Source: an uncultured virus (IMG/VR IMGVR_UViG_3300020037_009485) (taxonomy: Duplodnaviria > Heunggongvirae > Uroviricota > Caudoviricetes). Taken from it: DNA of 64,000 nucleotides. Positions within the stretch are counted from its first letter, which is position 1; every line of letters starts with the position of its first letter. Of the stretch, positions 1-7,796 are shown piece by piece. The stretch lies in IMG/VR virus record IMGVR_UViG_3300020037_009485. The stretch is one strand, 5' to 3'. A program made the translations under genes and the position numbers. The notes under the pieces are model-generated. The model was given only the letters and a program-made list of their open reading frames with translations, had not been told where the DNA came from and did no database searches.

Positions 1-603
1 AGTATGTCCAATAAAAACCTCTTTGAAATTATTTTTCATTTTAAAAGGATAATTATTGTTTTTCATACTTGCATAGCTCTTAGCTGCTAAGAATAAATCT
101 CTATCCCAGTAGAATACTTCTGGGTCAGATTCCTCTTCAACTAACTTATGACGATCAAACCCACCGTGTACAAAAAAGTTATTTTCTTGATCAAGGTAGT
201 AATTTTTTTGATTGGCAAAGAAATTAATATGTGTTATAGGGTAATTGTCATAATCAAAATCTGTAGAATACTCAGAGAGTTTAATGGAAATTTCTTTATC
301 TGGGTCGCAATTTCTTATGTACGATTGTAAAGTTTGCTTACCACCTTGGTTGAATAAAATATTAGCTCGACCTGTTCTTATTGAATCATAAAAACAAACG
401 TCATGGTTACCCTTTATTGAGATTAGTTTTTTTATTTTTAATAATTCTTCAACACATTCGTAGCTCTGTAAACCTCTGTCTACAATATCCCCTAATTGTA
501 TTAGTTCATCGTTTTCATAGTCAAAGTTTACAGCTTTCAATGCAGCTTTTAATTTATCAGCTTCACCATGTATGTCCCCCATTACAAATCTTCTTGTTCC
601 CAT
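1..603 (-). CDS. PPP-family/calcineurin-like metallophosphoesterase (Ser/Thr phosphatase), 3' end runs off the window; missing from the ORF track
   Basis: Manual translation from ATG at 603: MGTRRFVMGDIHG...LGDIVDRG...KGNHD...FVHGG...FIGHT. All five metallophosphoesterase motifs are present and the frame is open to the window edge. Confidence 0.9.
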   Translation of the reverse strand, partial: MGTRRFVMGDIHGEADKLKAALKAVNFDYENDELIQLGDIVDRGLQSYECVEELLKIKKLISIKGNHDVCFYDSIRTGRANILFNQGGKQTLQSYIRNCDPDKEISIKLSEYSTDFDYDNYPITHINFFANQKNYYLDQENNFFVHGGFDRHKLVEEESDPEVFYWDRDLFLAAKSYASMKNNNYPFKMKNNFKEVFIGHT

Positions 604-986
604 TCTTTTAATTCATTATCAATTTCTAATATTAGATTGTCTGTTTGAATAAATCCAACAGATTCACCTTGATGTTCTTTTATCGGTAACCATGTTACTT
701 TTGAATCACCTGACAGTTGGAGTATTTCCAATTCCTCTGCAGGTAAAAATTCAACAATTTGAAAAGGGTTTGAGCCTGCTTTATAAGTGTCCCAAACACT
801 CTCAAGTAATATACTACCAGTTAATGTTTCAGTTACTAAAACGTTATCAAGAACTAAAATCCAAGATGAAGTAGCAAAACGACTTCCTTTTGTAAAAAAG
901 ATATCTCTAGTATAATGCTTGTAAACCCCTAAAACAATAGCTCCTTTATATAAACTATTTATCTTATATGTTTGACCTTTACTCAT
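582..986 (-). CDS. hypothetical protein, paralogue family A, C-terminal IxxEL tail
   Basis: N-terminal YKINSLYKGAIVLGV; C-terminal LILEIDNELK. Confidence 0.7.
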   Translation of the reverse strand: MSKGQTYKINSLYKGAIVLGVYKHYTRDIFFTKGSRFATSSWILVLDNVLVTETLTGSILLESVWDTYKAGSNPFQIVEFLPAEELEILQLSGDSKVTWLPIKEHQGESVGFIQTDNLILEIDNELKEWEQEDL

Positions 987-1329
987 TCAACTCATCATTT
1001 ATTGCTTTGATTATTATCTCAATTTGTATTAAAGGGAATAAGTCCATTGATACTGGTGTCCAGATAACATTGTCATGGTAACGTACTAAATTCCAATCAA
1101 CATAATATGTAACACTCTCTAAATCATTCCACTTTTCAATTGCATATTCACTTAAAACAAACCCATTCCTACCATCAACATTCAAATTTTTTTCAGAAGG
1201 GTCGAGAAATTTCAATAAAAGAAAACAACTTGAATTAGTAAATTTAGTAGATTCTTGGAACCACGTCCCAACAATTAACTTGCCATTTAACATATCTCCG
1301 ATTTTATATGGTTTTGATTTAACAGACAT
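979..1329 (-). CDS. hypothetical protein, paralogue family A
   Basis: YKIGDMLNGKLIVG...VIW...IIKAINDELNE. Confidence 0.7.
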   Translation of the reverse strand: MSVKSKPYKIGDMLNGKLIVGTWFQESTKFTNSSCFLLLKFLDPSEKNLNVDGRNGFVLSEYAIEKWNDLESVTYYVDWNLVRYHDNVIWTPVSMDLFPLIQIEIIIKAINDELNE

Positions 1330-2059
1330 GTTGTAAAATTATTTGTTGAAATCGTGAAATAATCATCTTAACATAAGTTTTAGCATCAAATCCATATGAC
1401 CCTATAGCCCAAAAGTCATTCACTTCAATTAAAACTGTTTCATTTTTATCAGTTACACCAACATCTAACGTGTAAGCTACTGGTGAACTAGTGTAAGTTC
1501 TTACCATTTCTTCAATTTTATCTATTGAAGGGAATGTTTTAAAATCACCTAGATAATATTGAATACCTTTGATCTCCCCTTTGTAAACGAAGACTCTATA
1601 TTCTGACTTAATTTTAATAAGATCACTTAAATAAACTAAAGTTTCACCTGGGACATTACAATATTCTTTTAAGAAGTTTATTGTACTTTCTTTTTCAATC
1701 AAACTACCTGAAAATAACTTAATTTTATCAGCTGGTTTTATGAAAAAAGGATAACTCCATTGTTTACATTCTTCTAATGTAATTTTACTAATCGTTCTAC
1801 CTAAGTATTGTTCTAACTCTTCTGGGTAACCTAAATATTTAGGTTCTTGAATTTTAAGCTCTTGAAAAAATGCACTCGTTGCTTCTACAGAACCAATAAT
1901 AATATCTGAAGATGTAATTCGTTTATTCAAAAGTGTGTTTTCTAAATCAGCACCATCAAATTTTACAATCGTATAACCTAAATCTTTTAAAGGTAAAACA
2001 GAACAGTAGACAAAGTCGTCTAAATACTCTTCACCTAATGTTTCTAAAAATGCTTTCAT
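1319..2059 (-). CDS. ATP-grasp domain protein (R2K/DUF4343-like)
   Basis: PFFIKP..KLFSG, SEYRVFV, YTLDVG, LIEVND motifs. Confidence 0.8.
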   Translation of the reverse strand: MKAFLETLGEEYLDDFVYCSVLPLKDLGYTIVKFDGADLENTLLNKRITSSDIIIGSVEATSAFFQELKIQEPKYLGYPEELEQYLGRTISKITLEECKQWSYPFFIKPADKIKLFSGSLIEKESTINFLKEYCNVPGETLVYLSDLIKIKSEYRVFVYKGEIKGIQYYLGDFKTFPSIDKIEEMVRTYTSSPVAYTLDVGVTDKNETVLIEVNDFWAIGSYGFDAKTYVKMIISRFQQIILQHVC

Positions 2060-2352
2060 GAGTTTAGTTCTAAATTTATTTGATTAATTGTAAATTCAAA
2101 TTCTTGACTTGAAAAATATATATCTCCAATGTCAACAACTGTCCAAGCAACACGAGTACCTTCTTTCAACCAAGTACTATATTCTACTGTAAACCCTGGA
2201 GTCCAATTACGCTCTACACCTACTTCATAAGTCCAACCATCACTATTAGGAAGTAATATAGCTCCAGAATCACGAGTTGAATTAACATACACTCCTAAAA
2301 TTCGTTTAAGATTTCCACCATCTTTGTAAAAACTATTTATCGTATAACTCAT
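2056..2352 (-). CDS. hypothetical protein, paralogue family A
   Basis: YTINSFYKDG...ILGV...VAW...TINQINLELNS. Confidence 0.7.
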   Translation of the reverse strand: MSYTINSFYKDGGNLKRILGVYVNSTRDSGAILLPNSDGWTYEVGVERNWTPGFTVEYSTWLKEGTRVAWTVVDIGDIYFSSQEFEFTINQINLELNS

Positions 2353-2659
2353 TGTTTATTTCGTTAACTATATTACTAAAAGATTCATCTACTATTTCAT
2401 CTGAGAACATAATTTGTTCTCTCAAAACAAATTTCCACAAAACTTTTCGACCACACTCCAAGTCATAACTTTGTTCAAACCTCTGCTGAACTTCAGGTAC
2501 GTATGCTTTTGCTGCACTCCAATTCCAACCGCTTTCTTCATCTGCAACTAATAGATAACCTTCATCCATTTGTTTATCATAAAGTAAACCTAAAACTAAT
2601 TTACCATCAAATAAACTACCAATAGTATATTTAGTATATTTTAACTTTTCAGATTTCAT
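2333..2659 (-). CDS. hypothetical protein, paralogue family A
   Basis: YTIGSLFDGKLVLGL...VLW...IVNEINNEL. Confidence 0.7.
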   Translation of the reverse strand: MKSEKLKYTKYTIGSLFDGKLVLGLLYDKQMDEGYLLVADEESGWNWSAAKAYVPEVQQRFEQSYDLECGRKVLWKFVLREQIMFSDEIVDESFSNIVNEINNELYDK

Positions 2660-3015
2660 GCATTCAATTCTCTATTAATATTATCTACAATAACTTCTAA
2701 TGATTCAAAAACTTCTCTACTAAACTTATCAGCTGACAACCAAACATATTTTTTTCCTTCTTTTAAAAAGTTTTTAGCAATTAAAAATTCTTGACTTTCC
2801 CATGCTGCAATATGACTTGTCACCTTTGTTAAAACAAATGAATGTGCTAACCAAGAAGGTTTTATTAAATTATTAGAACCTTCTACAGAACTACGAACTT
2901 CTAACAATAATTCTTGATTAGATTTTACACCTGTAAAACTTTTACCTGTTACACCTCGAACGACTAAATAATAACCGTCTTTAAAAAAAACTTGATTTAA
3001 AAAAAACTTATTCAT
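2656..3015 (-). CDS. hypothetical protein, paralogue family A
   Basis: VVRGV...LLLEV...YVW...IVDNINRELNA. Confidence 0.7.
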   Translation of the reverse strand: MNKFFLNQVFFKDGYYLVVRGVTGKSFTGVKSNQELLLEVRSSVEGSNNLIKPSWLAHSFVLTKVTSHIAAWESQEFLIAKNFLKEGKKYVWLSADKFSREVFESLEVIVDNINRELNA

Positions 3016-3397
3016 TGTTTAATTCTTGTGTTATTTTTTTTATTTCTTCAGCCATTAAAAATGAATCTAATTCAACACCGAAAGATAATAAAACAGTGTT
3101 CATTAATACAATATAACGAGAGTCTGGAAGTAATACTTTTTTATCTATAAAATGATTTTGTTGTTCCCAATTAGCGATATACAAGTTAATATCTTCCCCC
3201 ATAACAAAACTATAATCATTCAATTCCCACTGACTATTCAAGTGTGTATAATTAATTCCTTTATAAATCTCTAATAATAATCTTTGAGGTTTATTCGCAA
3301 ATCCATTATCCATCACACCGCGGACAATAAAATCAAGTCCTTCAAAAGAATAAACTTGTCCAAGACGAAACCTACCTAAAGATAATGCTTTACACAT
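3008..3397 (-). CDS. hypothetical protein, paralogue family A
   Basis: IVRGV...LLLEI...EIKKITQELNNE; closest to 2656..3015. Confidence 0.7.
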   Translation of the reverse strand: MCKALSLGRFRLGQVYSFEGLDFIVRGVMDNGFANKPQRLLLEIYKGINYTHLNSQWELNDYSFVMGEDINLYIANWEQQNHFIDKKVLLPDSRYIVLMNTVLLSFGVELDSFLMAEEIKKITQELNNE

Positions 3398-3722
3398 TTG
3401 AATCTAACTCAATGTTAATATTTAAAATTATTTGATCTAAACTAAGTAACTCTACTTCCTTAGAAGGTAACCAACAGTAAGCATTTCCAATTTTAAGATT
3501 TGCTTCATCTAACAAAGGTTCTCTTACAGACCAATTATCTAACATTGAACGTGTTAGAAAAAAACAAGTCCTACCATCAATAAAACTTACCTCTTTACAG
3601 TCTACTAATATCCATTCAGAACCTCTGTCTTGCATTATACCTCTTACAACATATTGTTTGTCTTTATAAACAATTGTATTGTTAACAGAGATTGGTTTGA
3701 ATACATTTTGTGTTAATCCCAT
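3390..3722 (-). CDS. hypothetical protein, paralogue family A
   Basis: VVRGI...WILV...YCW...IILNINIELDSNV. Confidence 0.7.
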   Translation of the reverse strand: MGLTQNVFKPISVNNTIVYKDKQYVVRGIMQDRGSEWILVDCKEVSFIDGRTCFFLTRSMLDNWSVREPLLDEANLKIGNAYCWLPSKEVELLSLDQIILNINIELDSNV

Positions 3723-3958
3723 TTTGTTCTAAACTTAGATGTACTTGGTTTTATAACTTTCCATTCTTCTTCTTTAATTTGATGTGCTACTAATTTTCGT
3801 TCTAAACTCTTTGTAGTAAACCCTAACAAAGCAACTGCTTTATTGAAACGTTGAGTTCTTTTTAATTCTCGAACAATAATTCTTCTTTCTAATGCGTTTA
3901 AATTCAATTCACCTTGATAATCTTCAGGTTGAAAAACATAAATTGTCTGTGTTGCCAT
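3713..3958 (-). CDS. Fis-type helix-turn-helix (HTH_8-like) DNA-binding protein
   Basis: LNALERRIIVRELKRT..NKAVALLGFTTKSLERKL matches the Fis/NtrC C-terminal HTH pattern. Confidence 0.7.
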   Translation of the reverse strand: MATQTIYVFQPEDYQGELNLNALERRIIVRELKRTQRFNKAVALLGFTTKSLERKLVAHQIKEEEWKVIKPSTSKFRTKWD

Positions 3959-3959
3959 G

Positions 3960-4367
3960 TTAACTTTCTAATTCTTCGTTTATACTACTTATAGTTTTGC
4001 TTAAAAGTAAAATGTTTTCTGAAACCTTTTCCAAATATGTAACATCATTTGATATCCATGTTGCTAAACTGAAAAGATCTTCTTCTTGAAGATTAGACTC
4101 TTCAATGTAAAACTCTTTCTGATGCTCTGTTAATTCTCTATTAATTATATCATGTGTTATTCTAAAAAGTGTGGGGGTGATAGTTTGAGTAGGAAGTACT
4201 TTATATGGAGCACCGTCTATAATTTTTATTAAAGTTTTATTCCAATTTTTTTTAGCGTAATCACTTAAAAACTTTCTAACAACAACAACTTCTCCAATAA
4301 AAGTTTGATGCCCTATTATAATTTTAACTATATCACCTAAAACTAATTCCGTATCTCTTAAGCTCAT
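3960..4367 (-). CDS. hypothetical protein with C-terminal IxxEL tail
   Basis: LVLGDIVKI (KOW/SH3-like start); ends TISSINEELES. Confidence 0.65.
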   Translation of the reverse strand: MSLRDTELVLGDIVKIIIGHQTFIGEVVVVRKFLSDYAKKNWNKTLIKIIDGAPYKVLPTQTITPTLFRITHDIINRELTEHQKEFYIEESNLQEEDLFSLATWISNDVTYLEKVSENILLLSKTISSINEELES

Positions 4368-4726
4368 TGTGAATTCAATTCAACGTTAATTTTTATAATT
4401 TCTTTTTCTATATCTTTTATTTCTATTAAACAAATTTCAACATCTGACACCCAAATACATTCATCTCCAAAGTGAGAGGTAATATTTTCTGAAACATCTA
4501 TAGTAAGCTGATTATTGGAAGCCCAATTAGCAACAGTCCACTCTTTCAAACAAAACACCCTATCATCTGGGTCTGTCAGTGATTCAAAAAAAGCAGTTGG
4601 TAAACTTTTAACTGGTATACAATAACTAAGTGCACAACTACGACTAGGGGTAGAATGGATTGCATAAATTTCACAAATGCAATCCATTCGTTTAAAAACA
4701 CCTGCTGTATAGGGAAACTTCTCCAT
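4364..4726 (-). CDS. hypothetical protein with C-terminal IxxEL tail
   Basis: CIW motif, then EIIKINVELNSQ. Confidence 0.65.
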   Translation of the reverse strand: MEKFPYTAGVFKRMDCICEIYAIHSTPSRSCALSYCIPVKSLPTAFFESLTDPDDRVFCLKEWTVANWASNNQLTIDVSENITSHFGDECIWVSDVEICLIEIKDIEKEIIKINVELNSQ

Positions 4727-4727
4727 A

Positions 4728-4925
4728 CTATTCTTCTAATAGAGTTATATCTAAAATTGATTTGATTTGAATATGAGGCTGTCTACTGATAGTGCAACAC
4801 AAACCTACACTAGGAAAGAATTCACTTTCACCAACGAATTGAAGAATACCAAAATGTTCTTCACCTTTTTTATCTTTAACTTTTACTCTTTTTCCTAAGA
4901 TATGAGTTAGCGCTTCTATTTGCAT
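4728..4925 (-). CDS. small hypothetical protein (SH3/Sm-like)
   Basis: ORF at the head of the operon; GKRVKVKDKKGEEHFGIL. Confidence 0.55.
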   Translation of the reverse strand: MQIEALTHILGKRVKVKDKKGEEHFGILQFVGESEFFPSVGLCCTISRQPHIQIKSILDITLLEE

Positions 4926-4972
4926 ACGAGTTCTCTATATACCTGAATATAAGAAATATTTTATAAACAACA

Positions 4973-4995
4973 AAACCTGCAATCTCTGCAGGTTT
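4973..4995 (-). terminator. intrinsic terminator-like hairpin
   Basis: AAACCTGCA-ATCTC-TGCAGGTTT; near-identical copy at 57639..57661. Confidence 0.6.
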
Positions 4996-5249
4996 CACTA
5001 GGTAATTTTTAAGAAATTTAGTTAACTTTCTTTGTTACTGTCGTTAACATTTACTTCAATAGGGGTAAGTCTACCTAACCCTAGAATACGTTTTTTAAAA
5101 TCACACCCAACGATAAATCAAAAACCAAATAATTCTAGCTTTTAACACACCTAATCTGGTCCTTAAACTACAATTTTTATAGCGTCCTCTTTCACTGAGA
5201 CATTCAATTATCATCATTTTCCTTTCTAAGGTAAGTTTATCTGTTTTCA

Positions 5250-5885
5250 TTAATTTTCAACAAATTTGATTTTTTGACCAGTTAATTTTTCAATATAACT
5301 AACATATCTATTTAATAATTTAATTTCCTCAGGTGATTTTTTCTTCACACTTGTTAAACCTTTAGCAGTTAAATTATCAACAACGCTTGCAGGTTGAGAT
5401 TGAGTAGTTTGTTTACCTTGTTCTTCTTTAATTTTATCAAACTCTGCTTTAATATTTTCACCTGCAAGATATTTGTTAGCAAATGAAACTAAACTTAATA
5501 ATTGCTTTCTAGTATCGTTTCCAGCTTTTTTATTTGAATTTAACAATTCAGCAAAAGTGTTTTTATCAAACTCATCGTTTTTATGTTTAGTATTTATTAC
5601 AGTGTTATAAATATTTAACCAAGTAGTTATTTGATCTAACTTCATAGTGTTTATTTCTTCTGAAGATAAACCTGATTTACTTTCTACCTCTGGTTTTAAC
5701 AACGTATCAATTGCTGGGAAGTTACTATCAATATAAAACTTATTTAAAGCAGTATATTTTTGAAACAAATCAGTAATTTGATTAATTTGTTTAATTTTAG
5801 TTTCATGTTGCGGAGTTAGCTTATCTTGATTTGCTAACATCTCCAAAGCTTTATTTAACTTCTGTATATTTTGTTGATAATTCAT
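5250..5885 (-). CDS. hypothetical late protein ending in the EKLTGQKIKFVE motif (putative internal head protein)
   Basis: Motif shared with 5 other proteins; CTATTTA upstream at 5907..5913. Confidence 0.6.
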   Translation of the reverse strand: MNYQQNIQKLNKALEMLANQDKLTPQHETKIKQINQITDLFQKYTALNKFYIDSNFPAIDTLLKPEVESKSGLSSEEINTMKLDQITTWLNIYNTVINTKHKNDEFDKNTFAELLNSNKKAGNDTRKQLLSLVSFANKYLAGENIKAEFDKIKEEQGKQTTQSQPASVVDNLTAKGLTSVKKKSPEEIKLLNRYVSYIEKLTGQKIKFVEN

Positions 5886-5913
5886 TTTTAACTTAGATTA
5901 TATTGATAAATAG

Positions 5914-6666
5914 TTATTTATTATCTAATTCATCAAACATATCTTCAATAATATTAATTATTGGGTTTCTCACCTGATCTGTTTTTTCAAACTTTACAAC
6001 CCCAAAGTGAGAATTACCTTCAAACTTTTCTGTTAACCATAACAAACAAGATTCTCGCTTTTGCTTTAAATCTATTTGCTTAACATCTCCAGTTATAATT
6101 ATTTTACTATTTTCCCCTATTCGAGTTAAAACAGCTTTCATTACATCATAACTTAAGTTTTGAGCTTCATCTACAATAATAATCGTATTATCAATCGATC
6201 TTCCACGAATAAATGCTAAAGGTTGTATTTCAATCAACCCTAATTCTTGTAATTTGTTAGCATTAGCTGGTCCTATCAATTTAGTAAAATTATCTTTGAA
6301 AGATTCCATATAAGGTTGCATTTTATCTTTCAACTCACCTTTTAAAAACCCTACTTCTTCACCTTTCAAATCAGTTACTGATTTAACTAACATGATTTTT
6401 TTAAAATGTGGTTCTGATTTCAATAGTTTTAAAGCTTGTGCAGCTGCAAGAAAAGTCTTACCACAACCTGAAAACCCAGCACCAATTATAATTTCTTTTT
6501 CTTTGATTAAATTGACGAATTTTTTTTGATTTTCTGTTTTACATTTAAAATTTATGTTTAAGTTATTCAAATTAAACTCGTTAGGTTTAGCTCTTTGATT
6601 CATACTTCGAACAATTTCATCTTCTTCCTCAGAGGATAAACGCTTTTTACTTTTCGGTTTTCTCAT
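5914..6666 (-). CDS. phoH: PhoH family ATPase
   Basis: GFSGCGKTFLA, GFLKGELKDK, AFIRGRS, IVDEAQN, TRIGENSK, TGDVKQID, VRNPII. Confidence 0.95.
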   Translation of the reverse strand: MRKPKSKKRLSSEEEDEIVRSMNQRAKPNEFNLNNLNINFKCKTENQKKFVNLIKEKEIIIGAGFSGCGKTFLAAAQALKLLKSEPHFKKIMLVKSVTDLKGEEVGFLKGELKDKMQPYMESFKDNFTKLIGPANANKLQELGLIEIQPLAFIRGRSIDNTIIIVDEAQNLSYDVMKAVLTRIGENSKIIITGDVKQIDLKQKRESCLLWLTEKFEGNSHFGVVKFEKTDQVRNPIINIIEDMFDELDNK

Positions 6667-6680
6667 TTGTTATGTATTAG

Positions 6681-7754
6681 TTAATCTTCTATTGTTAAAT
6701 AGTTATTTATTATCTCTTGTGCTTGTTCATAAGAAACAATTACTGTTTTATTTTTACCTACTGTTTGTATTACTTTCAAATGACTTGTTAGTGTTATAAA
6801 TTCTTTTAAAGTTTTATATTGATATTTTTTTCCTGAAGCGTTAGCTAAATCTTTAAATTGATTAAAAGAAGGTAAAATAGCACCAGTTGTTGTTTTACCA
6901 TTGTTGTATAGAACTCTTAAGAGATCAAGGTAATTAATAAGTTTATGATAGTTCGCATTGTTTACAAGAGCTTCTTTCTTTTCTTTGAAAGAAAGAAATG
7001 CATAATATTGAGAGAAACCTACACCTATTAAAATTAACAATTCAATAAATGCAGAAATCAAAATAAAAGCTATTTGATTTTTACTAGATTTTTCTTTTTC
7101 TTTCTCTGCACTTAATAATGAAACTTGATTTGCTTCTTTAATCTTATTTTCTAATACTTGTTTGTTTTTTTCTATTAGAACTTCCCACCCTTGTACTTGT
7201 TGTACTTCACTCTCTGTTAAGCTTTTCTTTTTTCTTTGTGCAGCTGCTGTATAAAGATAATCAATTCTATCTTCTAATTTCTTATTTTCAACAACATAAT
7301 AATTTGTTAAACTATCATTTACTTTATTGATACTTTGTTGAGTATTAATCTCAATGACCTCTGATTTATTAGCATAATGATTTGCTCCACTTAAAGATAA
7401 ATAAAAGGTTAAACCTACAAGAGATAAGGAAAAAATTAAACTTAGAAAAAAAGTTAAGGTTAGTTTCTTTGTAGTTAGATAAGAAACTACAGTGTTTGCA
7501 AAGGTAAATCGTTTAGCAAATTCAAATATTGTTAAGAAAAGAACAACAAAGATTGGTAATATCCAATCTTGACCTGCAAAATGAACTGCTGTTTCTTTGG
7601 AAATTTTATTAACAAAGAAGAAAGCAAGTATAATACTTAGTAAGTTCCCTAAAAAAGAACCATAGTATAAAGTTTTATTAGTCCAGTAATGAGTTTTTTC
7701 GAAGCGTTTGTTTTCAAATTTCTTTTGCAATGAGTGATATTTTCCCAAATCCAT
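6681..7754 (-). CDS. multi-pass membrane protein with coiled coil
   Basis: About 4 hydrophobic segments flanking a coiled-coil region. Confidence 0.6.
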   Translation of the reverse strand: MDLGKYHSLQKKFENKRFEKTHYWTNKTLYYGSFLGNLLSIILAFFFVNKISKETAVHFAGQDWILPIFVVLFLTIFEFAKRFTFANTVVSYLTTKKLTLTFFLSLIFSLSLVGLTFYLSLSGANHYANKSEVIEINTQQSINKVNDSLTNYYVVENKKLEDRIDYLYTAAAQRKKKSLTESEVQQVQGWEVLIEKNKQVLENKIKEANQVSLLSAEKEKEKSSKNQIAFILISAFIELLILIGVGFSQYYAFLSFKEKKEALVNNANYHKLINYLDLLRVLYNNGKTTTGAILPSFNQFKDLANASGKKYQYKTLKEFITLTSHLKVIQTVGKNKTVIVSYEQAQEIINNYLTIED

Positions 7755-7796
7755 AATATATTTTTTTAGTTTTATATAAAATTGGTAAAAATCTCG

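Noticed and set aside
421..450. Apparent frameshift in the poly-A run of the phosphatase gene
   Set aside because: Recounting gives EELLKIKKLISIKGNHD in frame. The ORF is missing from the track only because it runs off the window.
148..874. Plus-strand ORFs 148..330, 381..611 and 692..874
   Set aside because: Shadow frames antisense to the phosphatase and the 582..986 gene.
582..4726. Diversity-generating retroelement behind the variable paralogues
   Set aside because: No reverse transcriptase and no template/variable repeat pair differing at adenines is visible in this window.
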